Below are positions 55,608-64,000 of a stretch of DNA of 64,000 nucleotides, in pieces. The notes under the pieces are model-generated. The model worked only from the letters and a program-made list of their open reading frames with translations, did not search any database and was not told the DNA's origin. Position 1 is the stretch's first letter. Each line of letters opens with the position of its first letter. The stretch covers positions 33,606 to 97,605 of the forward strand of contig JAJDYR010000018.1 in NCBI GenBank assembly GCA_022825065.1, written 5' to 3'. A program made the translations under genes and the position numbers. Origin of the DNA: a bacterium (GTDB taxonomy: Bacteria > UBA8248).

Positions 55608-56855
55608 ATGGTCGATTTCCAGCTCACCCCCCGGCAGATGGAACTCAGGGATACTGCGAAAAGGTTCGCCACCGAAGTCATGATTCCCGCAGCGGAGGTC
55701 GCGGACCGCATCGAAGATCCTGAAGCATCCTTCAACTGGGAAGTCATTCGAGAAGGTTCGAGACGAGGCCTCAGAACGCTCACCGTCCCGAAAGAGTTTG
55801 GAGGTGAAGGCGCCGACGTGCTTTCCTGCGCCATCGTGGGTGAAACGCTGGCCTATGGGGATCTGGGACTCGCCGTCGCCTTTGATCAGACATGGAAGAT
55901 CATGACGTCGATCGCCAACATGGCGGATGAGGAACAGCGAAAACGCTGGCTCCCCAGAATCATGGATGACGACGAGTGTATTCTGGCGACGGCCTGGACG
56001 GAACCTATGGCGGGAAGCGACAACGTATGGCCCAACCAGAATCCCGGGGCGGGAATTCAGTCGTATGCGGAAAAAAAGGGAGACCGCTGGGTGTTGAACG
56101 GCACAAAACGTTATATCTCGAACGGGGGGCTCGCCAAGGTCTACCAGATCGCCGCCCGCACGGATAAAGACAACCCCATGATGAACAGTCTCACGGCCTT
56201 CCTGGTGCCCTCTGACGCCAAGGGTTTTGAAGTCACGGAAGTGTGGGACAAACTCGGCCAAAGGTGTGTCCAGAACGGAACGCTGGAGTTTCACGATGTG
56301 GAAATTCCGGCGGAAGACCAGATCGGAGAAGTGGGCCAGGCTCTGCCGGCGCTGGCCAATTTGTTCATCAGGCACGGGAGCAACATCCAGGCGGGCGCAA
56401 CCGTCCTGGGTGTCGCGCAACGCGCGTATGACCTCTCTTTGCAGTATGGGCATGCCAGAATCCAGGGCAGCGTGCCTCTGCTCGATCACCAGCTTCAGCA
56501 AATCAGGCTCGCGCGCATGGCGATGAAAATAGAGGCCTCTCGCTCTTATCTGTGGCGCACGGCGTGGTCCACGCAGCTTGAGGAGATGGACCGGAAGAAT
56601 GCGATGCTGAGCAAGGTATTCGCATCCGAATCCGCCGTACAGGTCTGCCAGGAGGCGATGGAGTTTTGGGGCGCGGCGGGGTATATGCGGAAAAACCCCA
56701 TCGAGAAACTCATGCGCGACGCCTTGAGTTTTCTGCATTCAGACGGGACGAACGACGTGCTGACGCTGAAAGCGGCGGGCTTTCTCGAAGATCCGCCGCA
56801 GGTGGATGACCTCATTTATTCCCCTCGTGTGGCCGAGGCGGCGGCGGGCAGGTAG
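55608..56855 (+). CDS. Acyl-CoA dehydrogenase
   Basis: 415 aa with ACAD N/M/C domains (WTEPMAGSD, QEAMEFWGAAGYMRKNPIEKLMRDA). Confidence 0.85.
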   Translation: MVDFQLTPRQMELRDTAKRFATEVMIPAAEVADRIEDPEASFNWEVIREGSRRGLRTLTVPKEFGGEGADVLSCAIVGETLAYGDLGLAVAFDQTWKIMTSIANMADEEQRKRWLPRIMDDDECILATAWTEPMAGSDNVWPNQNPGAGIQSYAEKKGDRWVLNGTKRYISNGGLAKVYQIAARTDKDNPMMNSLTAFLVPSDAKGFEVTEVWDKLGQRCVQNGTLEFHDVEIPAEDQIGEVGQALPALANLFIRHGSNIQAGATVLGVAQRAYDLSLQYGHARIQGSVPLLDHQLQQIRLARMAMKIEASRSYLWRTAWSTQLEEMDRKNAMLSKVFASESAVQVCQEAMEFWGAAGYMRKNPIEKLMRDALSFLHSDGTNDVLTLKAAGFLEDPPQVDDLIYSPRVAEAAAGR

Positions 56856-56924
56856 GGCTTTTCGCTGGACGCTGGAGATTCGGGTTCGAGGGGGTAGTTT
56901 GGCGTGTAGTTTTTCTCCTCGGAG

Positions 56925-57821
56925 TCAGTTCCTGAAAGCGGTGATCAGAACTCCGCCTGTGACGACGCAAACGGTGGCCAGAACCGTTTTGCGGTTGATT
57001 GTTTCGAGTTTGCCCAGGAAAAAATAGCTCAGGATCAGCACCCAAATCGGTGCGATCCGGCTCAGGGGCAGAGCGGTGGACACGCTCGCCATCGTAAAGG
57101 CCGTCCAGAGCATAAACGAGCTGCAAATGCCAATGGCGCCTGCGCCTCCCACCCATATAAGACCTCTTTTCTTGCCGCGAATATCACTTTGGCCGGGCAG
57201 GATCGGTTTCGTAAGCAGAAGTAAACCGTTGGCTGTGGCGAAGGAGACGGCCATGCCGACGCTGGGCGTCATCTGGTGTGTATATGCGAGTTTGGCGAAG
57301 ATGGGCGCTATCGCATAGGCGAGTGATGCAACGAGCGGAAATATGAGCGCTCCCCGGAACCAGCTTTTGAACGATTGAGATTTGTCGTCTTGTATCCCGA
57401 GAATGGATACCCCGATGACGATGCCCAGGGTGCCGAGTACGACCATGGTTGTCGGCGTTTCTCCCAGAATCAGAATGGCGAAAAAAGTTCCCCAGATCGG
57501 GGCCGCTGAGGATATGGGCACAGAGCGGCTGAGCCCGATACGGGAGACGCCCACCAGGTAGCAATATCTGCCTATGGTGGGACCCGCTGCGCCCACGGCG
57601 GCGTACCAGAAGATGGCTTCTGCTTTCGAGGCAAAAAGCGTGCCGTTCAGGAGTGACATGACGAGGCCGCCCAGGCTTACGATTCCATTGACTATCAAGG
57701 CGGCGGCCAGTGGCGATACGCTTCTCATTCCCTGTCTGAGGAAAGTTTGCGCTACCGAGAATGTGATGGAAGAGGCGATGGCGAGCAGCTCGCCCGGGCC
57801 GATCAGCTGGATCCAGTTCAT
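56925..57821 (-). CDS. DMT-superfamily (EamA-like) transporter
   Basis: Ten predicted hydrophobic helices in two EamA repeats. Confidence 0.75.
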   Translation of the reverse strand: MNWIQLIGPGELLAIASSITFSVAQTFLRQGMRSVSPLAAALIVNGIVSLGGLVMSLLNGTLFASKAEAIFWYAAVGAAGPTIGRYCYLVGVSRIGLSRSVPISSAAPIWGTFFAILILGETPTTMVVLGTLGIVIGVSILGIQDDKSQSFKSWFRGALIFPLVASLAYAIAPIFAKLAYTHQMTPSVGMAVSFATANGLLLLTKPILPGQSDIRGKKRGLIWVGGAGAIGICSSFMLWTAFTMASVSTALPLSRIAPIWVLILSYFFLGKLETINRKTVLATVCVVTGGVLITAFRN

Positions 57822-58558
57822 GGGCTGGTTTGCTTTTGCGAAAGGTGCATTTCTCCGCCTTTGGATTTTCCCGGAATCTTGTCTTTATAGTAGGGGCACA
57901 TTCGCCTCATATCGCAGTCGGCGCACTTGGGATTGCGGGCGGTGCAGATGGTGCGGCCAAAACGCAGCATGTTCATGTGTAATTCGTGAGCACGGCCTTT
58001 CGGGATGAGTGGCGCGAGGACTGCGTGAGATTTTTCAGGCGTCGTTTTCTCAGGAATGATGCCCAGGCGAATCATGATCCGGTGAATGTGAACGTCAATG
58101 GGGAACAAGTCCCGGTTTGAAGCCAACAACAAGGTGACATAAGCGGTTTTTACGCCGATGCCTTTGTGCCGGGTGAGATACTGCACGGCGAAGTCATCTG
58201 ATTCATGGTGCAGGAATTCCAGGCAGAGTTGCCCCCGGTCCTCACGGAGCCACCTCAGGAAATCCCGGATTCTCCCCGCTTTCTGATTCCCCAAACCGGC
58301 CGAACGGATTGCCTGGGCAAGAGACTTTTGAGAGGCGTCGGCGATCTCATCCCAACTGGCGAAAGTCTTTTTCAGGGAATCAAACGCCATGTCGCGGTTA
58401 TGATCGGTCGTGCTCTGTGAGAGCAGGGTTTCGACCAGGGAGTCCAGCAGGTTGCTTCGCTTTGTGCGTTTTGGCCTCCCGAAGCGGGACAATAGTCTGT
58501 CTGTGAGTTTCAGGATTTTTCGTTTTCGGGTGCCTGGTGAGGCGACTCTGGTCGGCAT
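57818..58558 (-). CDS. Endonuclease III-like HhH-GPD base-excision DNA glycosylase with [4Fe-4S] cluster loop
   Basis: HhH-GPD region (LTRHKGIGVKTAYVTLL) and C-terminal CTARNPKCADCDMRRMCPY (Cx6Cx2Cx5C). Confidence 0.8.
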   Translation of the reverse strand: MPTRVASPGTRKRKILKLTDRLLSRFGRPKRTKRSNLLDSLVETLLSQSTTDHNRDMAFDSLKKTFASWDEIADASQKSLAQAIRSAGLGNQKAGRIRDFLRWLREDRGQLCLEFLHHESDDFAVQYLTRHKGIGVKTAYVTLLLASNRDLFPIDVHIHRIMIRLGIIPEKTTPEKSHAVLAPLIPKGRAHELHMNMLRFGRTICTARNPKCADCDMRRMCPYYKDKIPGKSKGGEMHLSQKQTSP

Positions 58559-58765
58559 TCTAAGTCCTGGTGCGATGCGCTTTTAAACAAACGGGCCGGG
58601 TGGTTTCTTTGGATTATAAAATATAGAACTCAAGTCTGGTTTGGCAATAAGATTTCAGAATGACGCATCATTTCCATAAGCTGCAAGAAACACCGGCGTT
58701 GCTGAACTGGAACGAATCTTTCGGGTGCAAGCCCGGGGTACGGCCATTTTCCAGGAATTGTCCTG

Positions 58766-59500
58766 TCAGTTTTTTCCCTGAGTTTCAGGCAATTGACGGA
58801 GCAAGGCGGAAAGTCGGGAGGAATCATTGAAGACTTTCTCCGTTCTTTTGAGGCGCTCATACACTTCTATGATCCTCAGGATATATCGGCGTGTCTCCTG
58901 GAAAGGAGGAATCCCGTTATACCGCCGGATGTTGGCGGGCCCCGCATTATAAGAGGCCAGCGCCATATGCAAATTCCAACCGTATCGTTCGAGTAAATAT
59001 CGTAGATACCGCACCCCGCCCTCGATGTTGTCACCGATGTCGAAAATATCGTTCAGGCCCAGATGTCTGGCGGTAATCGGGTTGATTTGCATCAGGCCTT
59101 TAGCGCCATTTTGAGAAACGGCTGTTGGGTCGAAGTTGCTCTCCACCTCGATGACGGCTCGCACCAGCAGGGGATCGACTCCATAGAGCTTGGCGTAATG
59201 ATCTATGTGCCAGAAGATTCCACGATTCCCGGTACCGAAGCTTCCACCCGCCGATGAAGCTCTATCGTCGTCAGCATGAAGTTTCGAGGCGGGGAATGGA
59301 ATCGCTTTTCGTTCTATCAACTCGGTAAGAGTCATCAGAGGTTGTTTGAAAAGAATGAAGGCGCCGGCCAGGACAATTCCGGCCAGCGGCAGTATCCGAA
59401 TTCCCAATCCGGATTTCCGTCGACCACGGGATAAGCTCGCTAGCTCGAACATTGACAGCAGAAGGTAAATGGCAATCAGGGTGAAAATAACGAGATTCAT
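58766..59500 (-). CDS. Lytic transglycosylase (SLT-domain), membrane-anchored
   Basis: N-terminal TM helix; SLT catalytic motif VIEVESNFDPTAVSQNGAKGLMQI and AYNAGP. Confidence 0.8.
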   Translation of the reverse strand: MNLVIFTLIAIYLLLSMFELASLSRGRRKSGLGIRILPLAGIVLAGAFILFKQPLMTLTELIERKAIPFPASKLHADDDRASSAGGSFGTGNRGIFWHIDHYAKLYGVDPLLVRAVIEVESNFDPTAVSQNGAKGLMQINPITARHLGLNDIFDIGDNIEGGVRYLRYLLERYGWNLHMALASYNAGPANIRRYNGIPPFQETRRYILRIIEVYERLKRTEKVFNDSSRLSALLRQLPETQGKN

Positions 59501-59714
59501 ATCAACTGCCCCAGGGATTGCATCTGAATGAGCATCAGTTGAAGGCTTCTCTTTTAGATTCCATCAGGCGACGACACGTAAGCGCAAGATCAATACCCTG
59601 CGCGAAGTGGAAATAATTCGGCGGGCTTGGATTGGTGCAATGCTGCGCTGCTGTTTCCTGACCAAAATAAAGGATAGAAAACCATCGGCAAGTGCGCAAG
59701 CGGCGGTTGGCGCA

Positions 59715-60350
59715 TTATATCAGATCCAGAATATCCTCTAATTTTTCCAGATATTTATCCGGGTTTAATTTTCGTATCTCACTGTGCTGGGAGTATTTTC
59801 CCTTGATGATCCATGCCGGGATAGATGCGTTTCTGGCGGCTTGCAAGTCCGTCGTCGTGTCCCCGACCATGACGACCTCATCTGGTTTCACTTCCAGCGA
59901 TTCGATGGCGGCGAACAGCATTTCAGGGTCCGGTTTCGGCGCATAGCCCTGACGGTGCCCGAATACCGTTTGAATGTAGGGCAAAAGCCCGACATGCTCT
60001 AACTGCTCCTTGCAGAAAAACCATGCCTTGTTCGAAACGCAAGCCATCCGAATGCCCCGGTGGGCGAGGGTTTCGAGTGTTTTTTTCACCCCGGGGATGA
60101 TATGGGTGCCTGCAGCGTTATGAACCTTGTAATGGGAGCGGTAGATGCGCACCGCCTCTTCGGCCGTGTCCCCGCCCCATAGTTCGGTGAATCTGTCCTC
60201 GAGCGTGGGGCCGATGGATGCAAGGATTTCCGCTTCGCTCATTTCGGGCACGCCCAGGTCGCGGCACATGAGGCGCATGCATTTGGCGATGCCCTCGTAG
60301 CTGTCGACAAGCGTGCCGTCGTGGTCCAGAAGGAGCGCGCGTATAGCCAT
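59715..60350 (-). CDS. HAD-family hydrolase (phosphoglycolate phosphatase-like)
   Basis: LLDHDGTLVDS motif I, motif II S/T, and MVGDTTTDLQAA motif IV. Confidence 0.8.
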   Translation of the reverse strand: MAIRALLLDHDGTLVDSYEGIAKCMRLMCRDLGVPEMSEAEILASIGPTLEDRFTELWGGDTAEEAVRIYRSHYKVHNAAGTHIIPGVKKTLETLAHRGIRMACVSNKAWFFCKEQLEHVGLLPYIQTVFGHRQGYAPKPDPEMLFAAIESLEVKPDEVVMVGDTTTDLQAARNASIPAWIIKGKYSQHSEIRKLNPDKYLEKLEDILDLI

Positions 60351-60425
60351 ATGGTACTCTCCATCCAGGCGTGCATAACCATGTTATGATTCAAACCGGA
60401 AGCGAAATCGGCAAACCATAACACC

Positions 60426-61580
60426 ATGAGCCCATCTATGAAACAGGACGTGAAATCAAAAATCGCAACACATCAGGCGGGTCTGCGGCCTGCCACCCGG
60501 CCTGTCGAGCTCGTCGGCATGGATGAGGAGGAACTCGTCTCCTTATGCGGGCAGATGGGAGAACCCCCCTACAGGGGCCGGCAGATATTCTCGTGGCTAT
60601 ATGCTCACGGTGTGAGCGAGTTCTCTCAAATGACCAACATTCCCAAGGGTTTTCGGGCAAAGCTTGGGGAAGCGGCCCGCCTGGAGGCTCTCGAACTCGA
60701 CCGGGAGAGCAAAAGTGCGGACGGCACGGAAAAATATGTGTGGCGGCTTCGTGACGGCGCGCGGGTCGAGAGCGTCCGGATACCGATGAGAAACGTGAAC
60801 GGCGTCATGCGGTGGTCTCTTTGTATATCTACGCAGGTCGGATGCGCGATGGGATGCGCGTTTTGCCTGACGGCGAAGATGGGTTTCATCAGGCAGTTGA
60901 CGGCCGGTGAGATCGTCGGCCAGTTTCTCGCCGCAAGAAGGCTGCTCGCCCGGGGGGAGCGTTTTCACAACGTCGTGTTCATGGGAATGGGGGAGCCGCT
61001 CGATAATTTCGGCGCCACCGTAAAGGCGGTGAGAATCCTGACGCACCCGCGCGCGAACGGCGTCAGCGCAAAAAGGCTGACGGTATCGACGGTGGGGATT
61101 GTCTCGAGGCTTCGGGATTTCGTCTCCGCTGTTCCGGGCGTGGGACTGGCGGTATCGCTTCATGCGGCGGATGATGAAACCAGGGGAAAACTCGTACCGG
61201 TGAACCGCAAGTGGAATCTGAGGGCGCTGATTGATGAATGCCGGGAGTTGCCGGTCGGCGAACGGCGCCGCATCACTTTTGAATACGTGATGCTCCGGGG
61301 CGTGAATGACTCGAAACGAGACGCGAAGGAGCTCTCAAAACTCCTGGAGGGGCTCAAGTGCAAGGTAAACCTGATGCCCTGGAATCCGTTTCCGGGAACG
61401 CCGTTCGAGCGGCCCGGCGATGAGCGCGTCGAGGAATTCCGCCGCATCCTCCTGGCCGCCGGCCTGGTGGCCACCACGCGCACGGCCAAGGGAGTCGATA
61501 TCCTCGCGGCGTGCGGGCAGCTGGCCGATAGCAGCCGCCTGGACGGCCCGGGCGGCCTGAAACAGCTTAACCCCTTATAG
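60426..61580 (+). CDS. rlmN: 23S rRNA (adenine2503-C2)-methyltransferase, radical SAM
   Basis: CISTQVGCAMGCAFC radical-SAM cluster and RlmN/Cfr family core. The true start may be internal (near residue 25-30). Confidence 0.85.
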   Translation: MSPSMKQDVKSKIATHQAGLRPATRPVELVGMDEEELVSLCGQMGEPPYRGRQIFSWLYAHGVSEFSQMTNIPKGFRAKLGEAARLEALELDRESKSADGTEKYVWRLRDGARVESVRIPMRNVNGVMRWSLCISTQVGCAMGCAFCLTAKMGFIRQLTAGEIVGQFLAARRLLARGERFHNVVFMGMGEPLDNFGATVKAVRILTHPRANGVSAKRLTVSTVGIVSRLRDFVSAVPGVGLAVSLHAADDETRGKLVPVNRKWNLRALIDECRELPVGERRRITFEYVMLRGVNDSKRDAKELSKLLEGLKCKVNLMPWNPFPGTPFERPGDERVEEFRRILLAAGLVATTRTAKGVDILAACGQLADSSRLDGPGGLKQLNPL

Positions 61581-61587
61581 ATCAATC

Positions 61588-61680
61588 GGTTAATTTCCGT
61601 GAAATTTATCGGAAAACCTCGTGAATTTATCGGTATTTATCTTATTTTTCGGAATTGTCCGGTTGAAACCAAAGATGCGG
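61588..61680. repeat. AT-rich conserved ~90-bp module, copy 2; ATGCGGG/TTGCGGG motifs follow at 61672-61755
   Basis: caatcggttaatttccgtgaaatttatcggaaaacctcgtgaatttatcggtatttatcttattttt aligns block-wise with 13548-13640. Confidence 0.5.
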
Positions 61681-61762
61681 GAAGCGCCCCTTGCCCGCGC
61701 GCCCGGTATGTTGGTATACCTCTCCCCTGGGGAGACACGGGCGCGGCAATTGCGGGTTCATG

Positions 61763-62560
61763 CGCGACACAATGCAGCACGATGGATGCACCGACATGGC
61801 GGATGAAAATCCGGAAACGGCAGACCTCATCAAAGAGCTTTCCAGCGGCATTTCTTCGGTTCTCAAGAGCCATCAGGAACTCTCGGAAAAGTTCGATGCG
61901 CTCGAAGCGCGCGTGCGCCACATCGAAGAAGCAGGCTCCGCCGGCGCTCCCCGGGCGGAAGGGGGAGACGATGAGGAGTACGATTACCGCGTGCTGCTCC
62001 ACGCCCGCACCTACACGATAGAAGACGTCGATGGCCGCACCGCGCGCATGGAGAGCGTGCGGCGCTGCCTGGCCCAGCGGGAGTTGTCCCGCGTGAAGAC
62101 GCGCTACCACACGGGCAGCGGCGACAGGGAGGTGGCCTATTCCTGCCGTCTCCTGGAAGATGAGGAAGCCGACCCCCCCTGGACGCTCCTGGAATACCGG
62201 ATCGAGAAGCAGGCGGGCGCCGATTATTCCGCCAGTCTCGCTCTGCCCGAGCCGATTCGGGCGGGCGCGCTCTTCGAACTTCGCCACGAACTCCTCCTGC
62301 GCGATTCGTTCACGTCGCGGAACGAGTGGGTCACCCTGGTCGTCGAATATCCCACCGACGAATTCCGGCTCGAAGTGCTCATCCCCCCCGGCCGCAAGCT
62401 GGTGGGCGCGCGCCGCGAGGAATCCCAGGGCGCGTCGAACAGCTTCAACAAGCGCCGCGTCTACCCCCGCCTTCTGAACGAAACCGGCCAGACCCGCCTG
62501 GAGTGGCGCGAAGCCGGCCCCGTCACCGGCAGGGCCTATACGCTGTTCTGGGATTGGTAG
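61763..62560 (+). CDS. Hypothetical protein
   Basis: Long ORF (track 61691..62560). Start shifted to the first ATG beyond the intergenic repeat module; no clear RBS, so the start is uncertain. No recognisable domain. Confidence 0.45.
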   Translation, partial: RDTMQHDGCTDMADENPETADLIKELSSGISSVLKSHQELSEKFDALEARVRHIEEAGSAGAPRAEGGDDEEYDYRVLLHARTYTIEDVDGRTARMESVRRCLAQRELSRVKTRYHTGSGDREVAYSCRLLEDEEADPPWTLLEYRIEKQAGADYSASLALPEPIRAGALFELRHELLLRDSFTSRNEWVTLVVEYPTDEFRLEVLIPPGRKLVGARREESQGASNSFNKRRVYPRLLNETGQTRLEWREAGPVTGRAYTLFWDW

Positions 62561-62691
62561 GGGGGGTATTTCGGGGCAATCCATTTTGTCTGTAGATGAG
62601 CCTGTTGCAAGAATTCAATTTTTGCAGGTAATCTCATAGACAAGGCGTTGTTTGTTTTCGAAAAAGACCTGTCTTATGGAGGGTCTCGGTC

Positions 62692-62931
62692 ATGCAAGTG
62701 TTGGACAGGCAGATCGCGTATTTTCAGCAGCACCAGACGCAACTCGCCGAGGAGCATCACGGCGAATTCGTGTTAATCCACGCCGAGTCGGTAGAGGGTT
62801 TCTACGAATCGGAACTGGATGCTTACACCGCCGCCAAGCGCCGCTACGACGCCGGCGCGTTTCTCATCCGGCAATGCCTTAGACCCGAAGAAGAAACGAC
62901 CCAAATGTTTCATTCCCGGATAGCGATATAA
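62692..62931 (+). CDS. Small hypothetical protein, DUF5678-like (tentative)
   Basis: 79 aa. HGEFVLIHAESVEGFYESELDAYTAAKRRYDAGAFLIRQC resembles the pattern recalled for small DUF5678-type proteins (G.YVAI.d.kV.g..d...A...A...G....LI..V). Candidate sigma70 promoter ttgcaa-N18-taatct lies upstream at ~62607-62636. Confidence 0.45.
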   Translation: MQVLDRQIAYFQQHQTQLAEEHHGEFVLIHAESVEGFYESELDAYTAAKRRYDAGAFLIRQCLRPEEETTQMFHSRIAI

Positions 62932-63058
62932 CGGGTTTTTCCATCGGGCGAACCCCCACCCCCTTTCTCACCCCGTCCCCTTTCTGCTAGACTCCGCGCT
63001 TTCGCAGGCCCCGAAAGGGGTGTTTCGTTCATCACGTTTCAAGGGAGAATGCGCCATC

Positions 63059-63373
63059 ATGCTGGAGCCTGAAATTTTTGTGGTCGACCTCACGGAGAAT
63101 TTCGGCGGGGAAATCCTCGCGGACGGACGGGTGAAGACGACGCGGGAGCAACTCGAGGGCTGCGCCGCCAAGTTCGGCGCGAGCGTCTCGGTGAGCCATG
63201 CCAAAAACTTCGAACTCGGCGTCCACGTGCCGACCATCACGGTGCGTCGCCTCGAGAAAAAGGGCAGGAAGACCGAGACCGAACTCCTGTTCTTCTCCTA
63301 CGAGGGCGAGGGCGGCGACATCCTCACCGACCCCGCCGAATGGGGCCGCGTGCCGACGCAGATATTCGGCTAG
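63059..63373 (+). CDS. Hypothetical protein
   Basis: 105-aa ORF from MLEPEIFVVDL (internal start of track ORF 63020..63373). No family recognised. Confidence 0.4.
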   Translation: MLEPEIFVVDLTENFGGEILADGRVKTTREQLEGCAAKFGASVSVSHAKNFELGVHVPTITVRRLEKKGRKTETELLFFSYEGEGGDILTDPAEWGRVPTQIFG

Positions 63374-63583
63374 TCGGTATTTCGGGAGCATCGTTCCCGC
63401 TGCATCACGGAAATGGCCGCCGGGCATACGATGGTGGGGACAGGGCCGTAGCCTTGTTTGAAAGTTCATCTGGTTGTGTGGTTTCATAATGAGGAAGCCG
63501 GGCGTTTGCGCTCCTCACACATTTTCTTTCTAATGTTCACGAGATAACCTGAATGAGGACCCGGAAAGAGAGGATGCGGAAAG

Positions 63584-64000
63584 ATGATCGATTTGCAGCC
63601 GATCAACACGGGAGACCTCATAGGCATCGCGCAATTCGCCGTGGGCGTTACGCAAAGCGCCTTGATCTGGTACGGCCTTTACACCATGCGGGAAGCAACG
63701 AGACAAAGGGAGAAGGCACTCGACGAGATAATCGCACAGGGTAATGAAGGCAGAGAAGCGTTGCGAAAAACAATGGAAAGTTTGGATAAAACGCTCGAAC
63801 GTTTGGATAAATCGGACGAACGTCTGGAAAAATCAACCGCAGCACTGGGAAAATTACTAGAAGGTTCCGAAAAATCAAACGAAACTTTGGAGAAATTACT
63901 AGAAGGTACGCAGAGATCGAACGACTCTTTGGGAAAATTACTGGAAAGTTCACAAAGTTCGAACGAAGCCTTGCGGAAATCAAACGAATCCCTGGGGAAA
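63584..64000 (+). CDS. Membrane-anchored tandem 11-residue-repeat protein (paralog of 16570-16992), 3'-truncated by the window edge
   Basis: ATG at 63584 opens a frame running to the window end: MIDLQPINTGDLIGIAQFAVGVTQSALIWYGLYTMREATRQREKALDEI... followed by 11-aa repeats (LDKTLERLDKS / DERLEKSTAAL / GKLLEGSEKSN / ETLEKLLEGTQ ...). It shares the SxLIxYGLYxMRxAxRxR anchor motif with the 16570 protein. Absent from the ORF track; track ORF 63553..63744 is in another frame. Confidence 0.55.
   Translation, partial: MIDLQPINTGDLIGIAQFAVGVTQSALIWYGLYTMREATRQREKALDEIIAQGNEGREALRKTMESLDKTLERLDKSDERLEKSTAALGKLLEGSEKSNETLEKLLEGTQRSNDSLGKLLESSQSSNEALRKSNESLGK

Noticed and set aside
63553-63744. Track ORF 63553..63744 (MRTRKERMRK...) as the gene at the window end
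   Set aside because: Different frame from the repeat protein. The frame starting at ATG 63584 carries the anchor motif shared with the 16570 paralog and the 11-mer repeats, and stays open to the window end.
1-64000. tRNA, rRNA, RNase P and tmRNA-like sequences
   Set aside because: Intergenic regions >100 bp were inspected (e.g. 22499-23389, 43395-43507, 58559-58765, 59501-59714). No cloverleaf-compatible or rRNA-like sequence was recognised.

Overview
High-GC (~65%) bacterial chromosomal window, gene-dense, with no rRNA, tRNA, CRISPR array or recognisable transposase/integrase. About 60 protein-coding genes are supported. Core housekeeping: xseA-xseB-ispA-dxs-tlyA, folD, nifS/nifU-like with cysE, thiI, ispB-like, maf, greA, rlmN, msrA, endonuclease III-like, lytic transglycosylase. 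Metabolic clusters: acyl-CoA dehydrogenase with split MaoC hydratase and family III CoA-transferase; aminotransferase with 2-hydroxyacid dehydrogenase and hydantoinase A/B; three LLM flavin/F420 oxidoreductases; M20 amidohydrolase; aldo/keto reductase. Main non-routine observations: (1) selD is a selenoprotein with an in-frame UGA plus a downstream hairpin, which the ORF track split; (2) a MITE-like inverted-repeat element family of ~115-200 bp in 9 copies, which generates many bogus NPPYPPLSGG ORFs; (3) abundant REP-like palindromes with GTAGGG heads, including ~140-bp composite clusters directly flanking a hicB-hicA toxin-antitoxin pair; (4) a diverged tandem segmental duplication of an LLM monooxygenase gene with gene-fragment scars; (5) an accessory-looking region at ~13.3-24.3 kb holding a Rieske-domain protein at ~72% GC, a low-GC TbpB-like surface lipoprotein with Ala-rich repeats, a cupin gene and a Rieske gene sharing a repeat-derived C-terminal tail, and a membrane-anchored 11-residue tandem-repeat protein whose paralog sits at the window's 3' edge; (6) an orphan cytoplasmic molybdopterin oxidoreductase with its four-cluster ferredoxin subunit fused N-terminally; (7) two related AT-rich intergenic modules with ATGCGGG iterons. 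All calls come from reading the translations and the DNA directly; no database search was possible.
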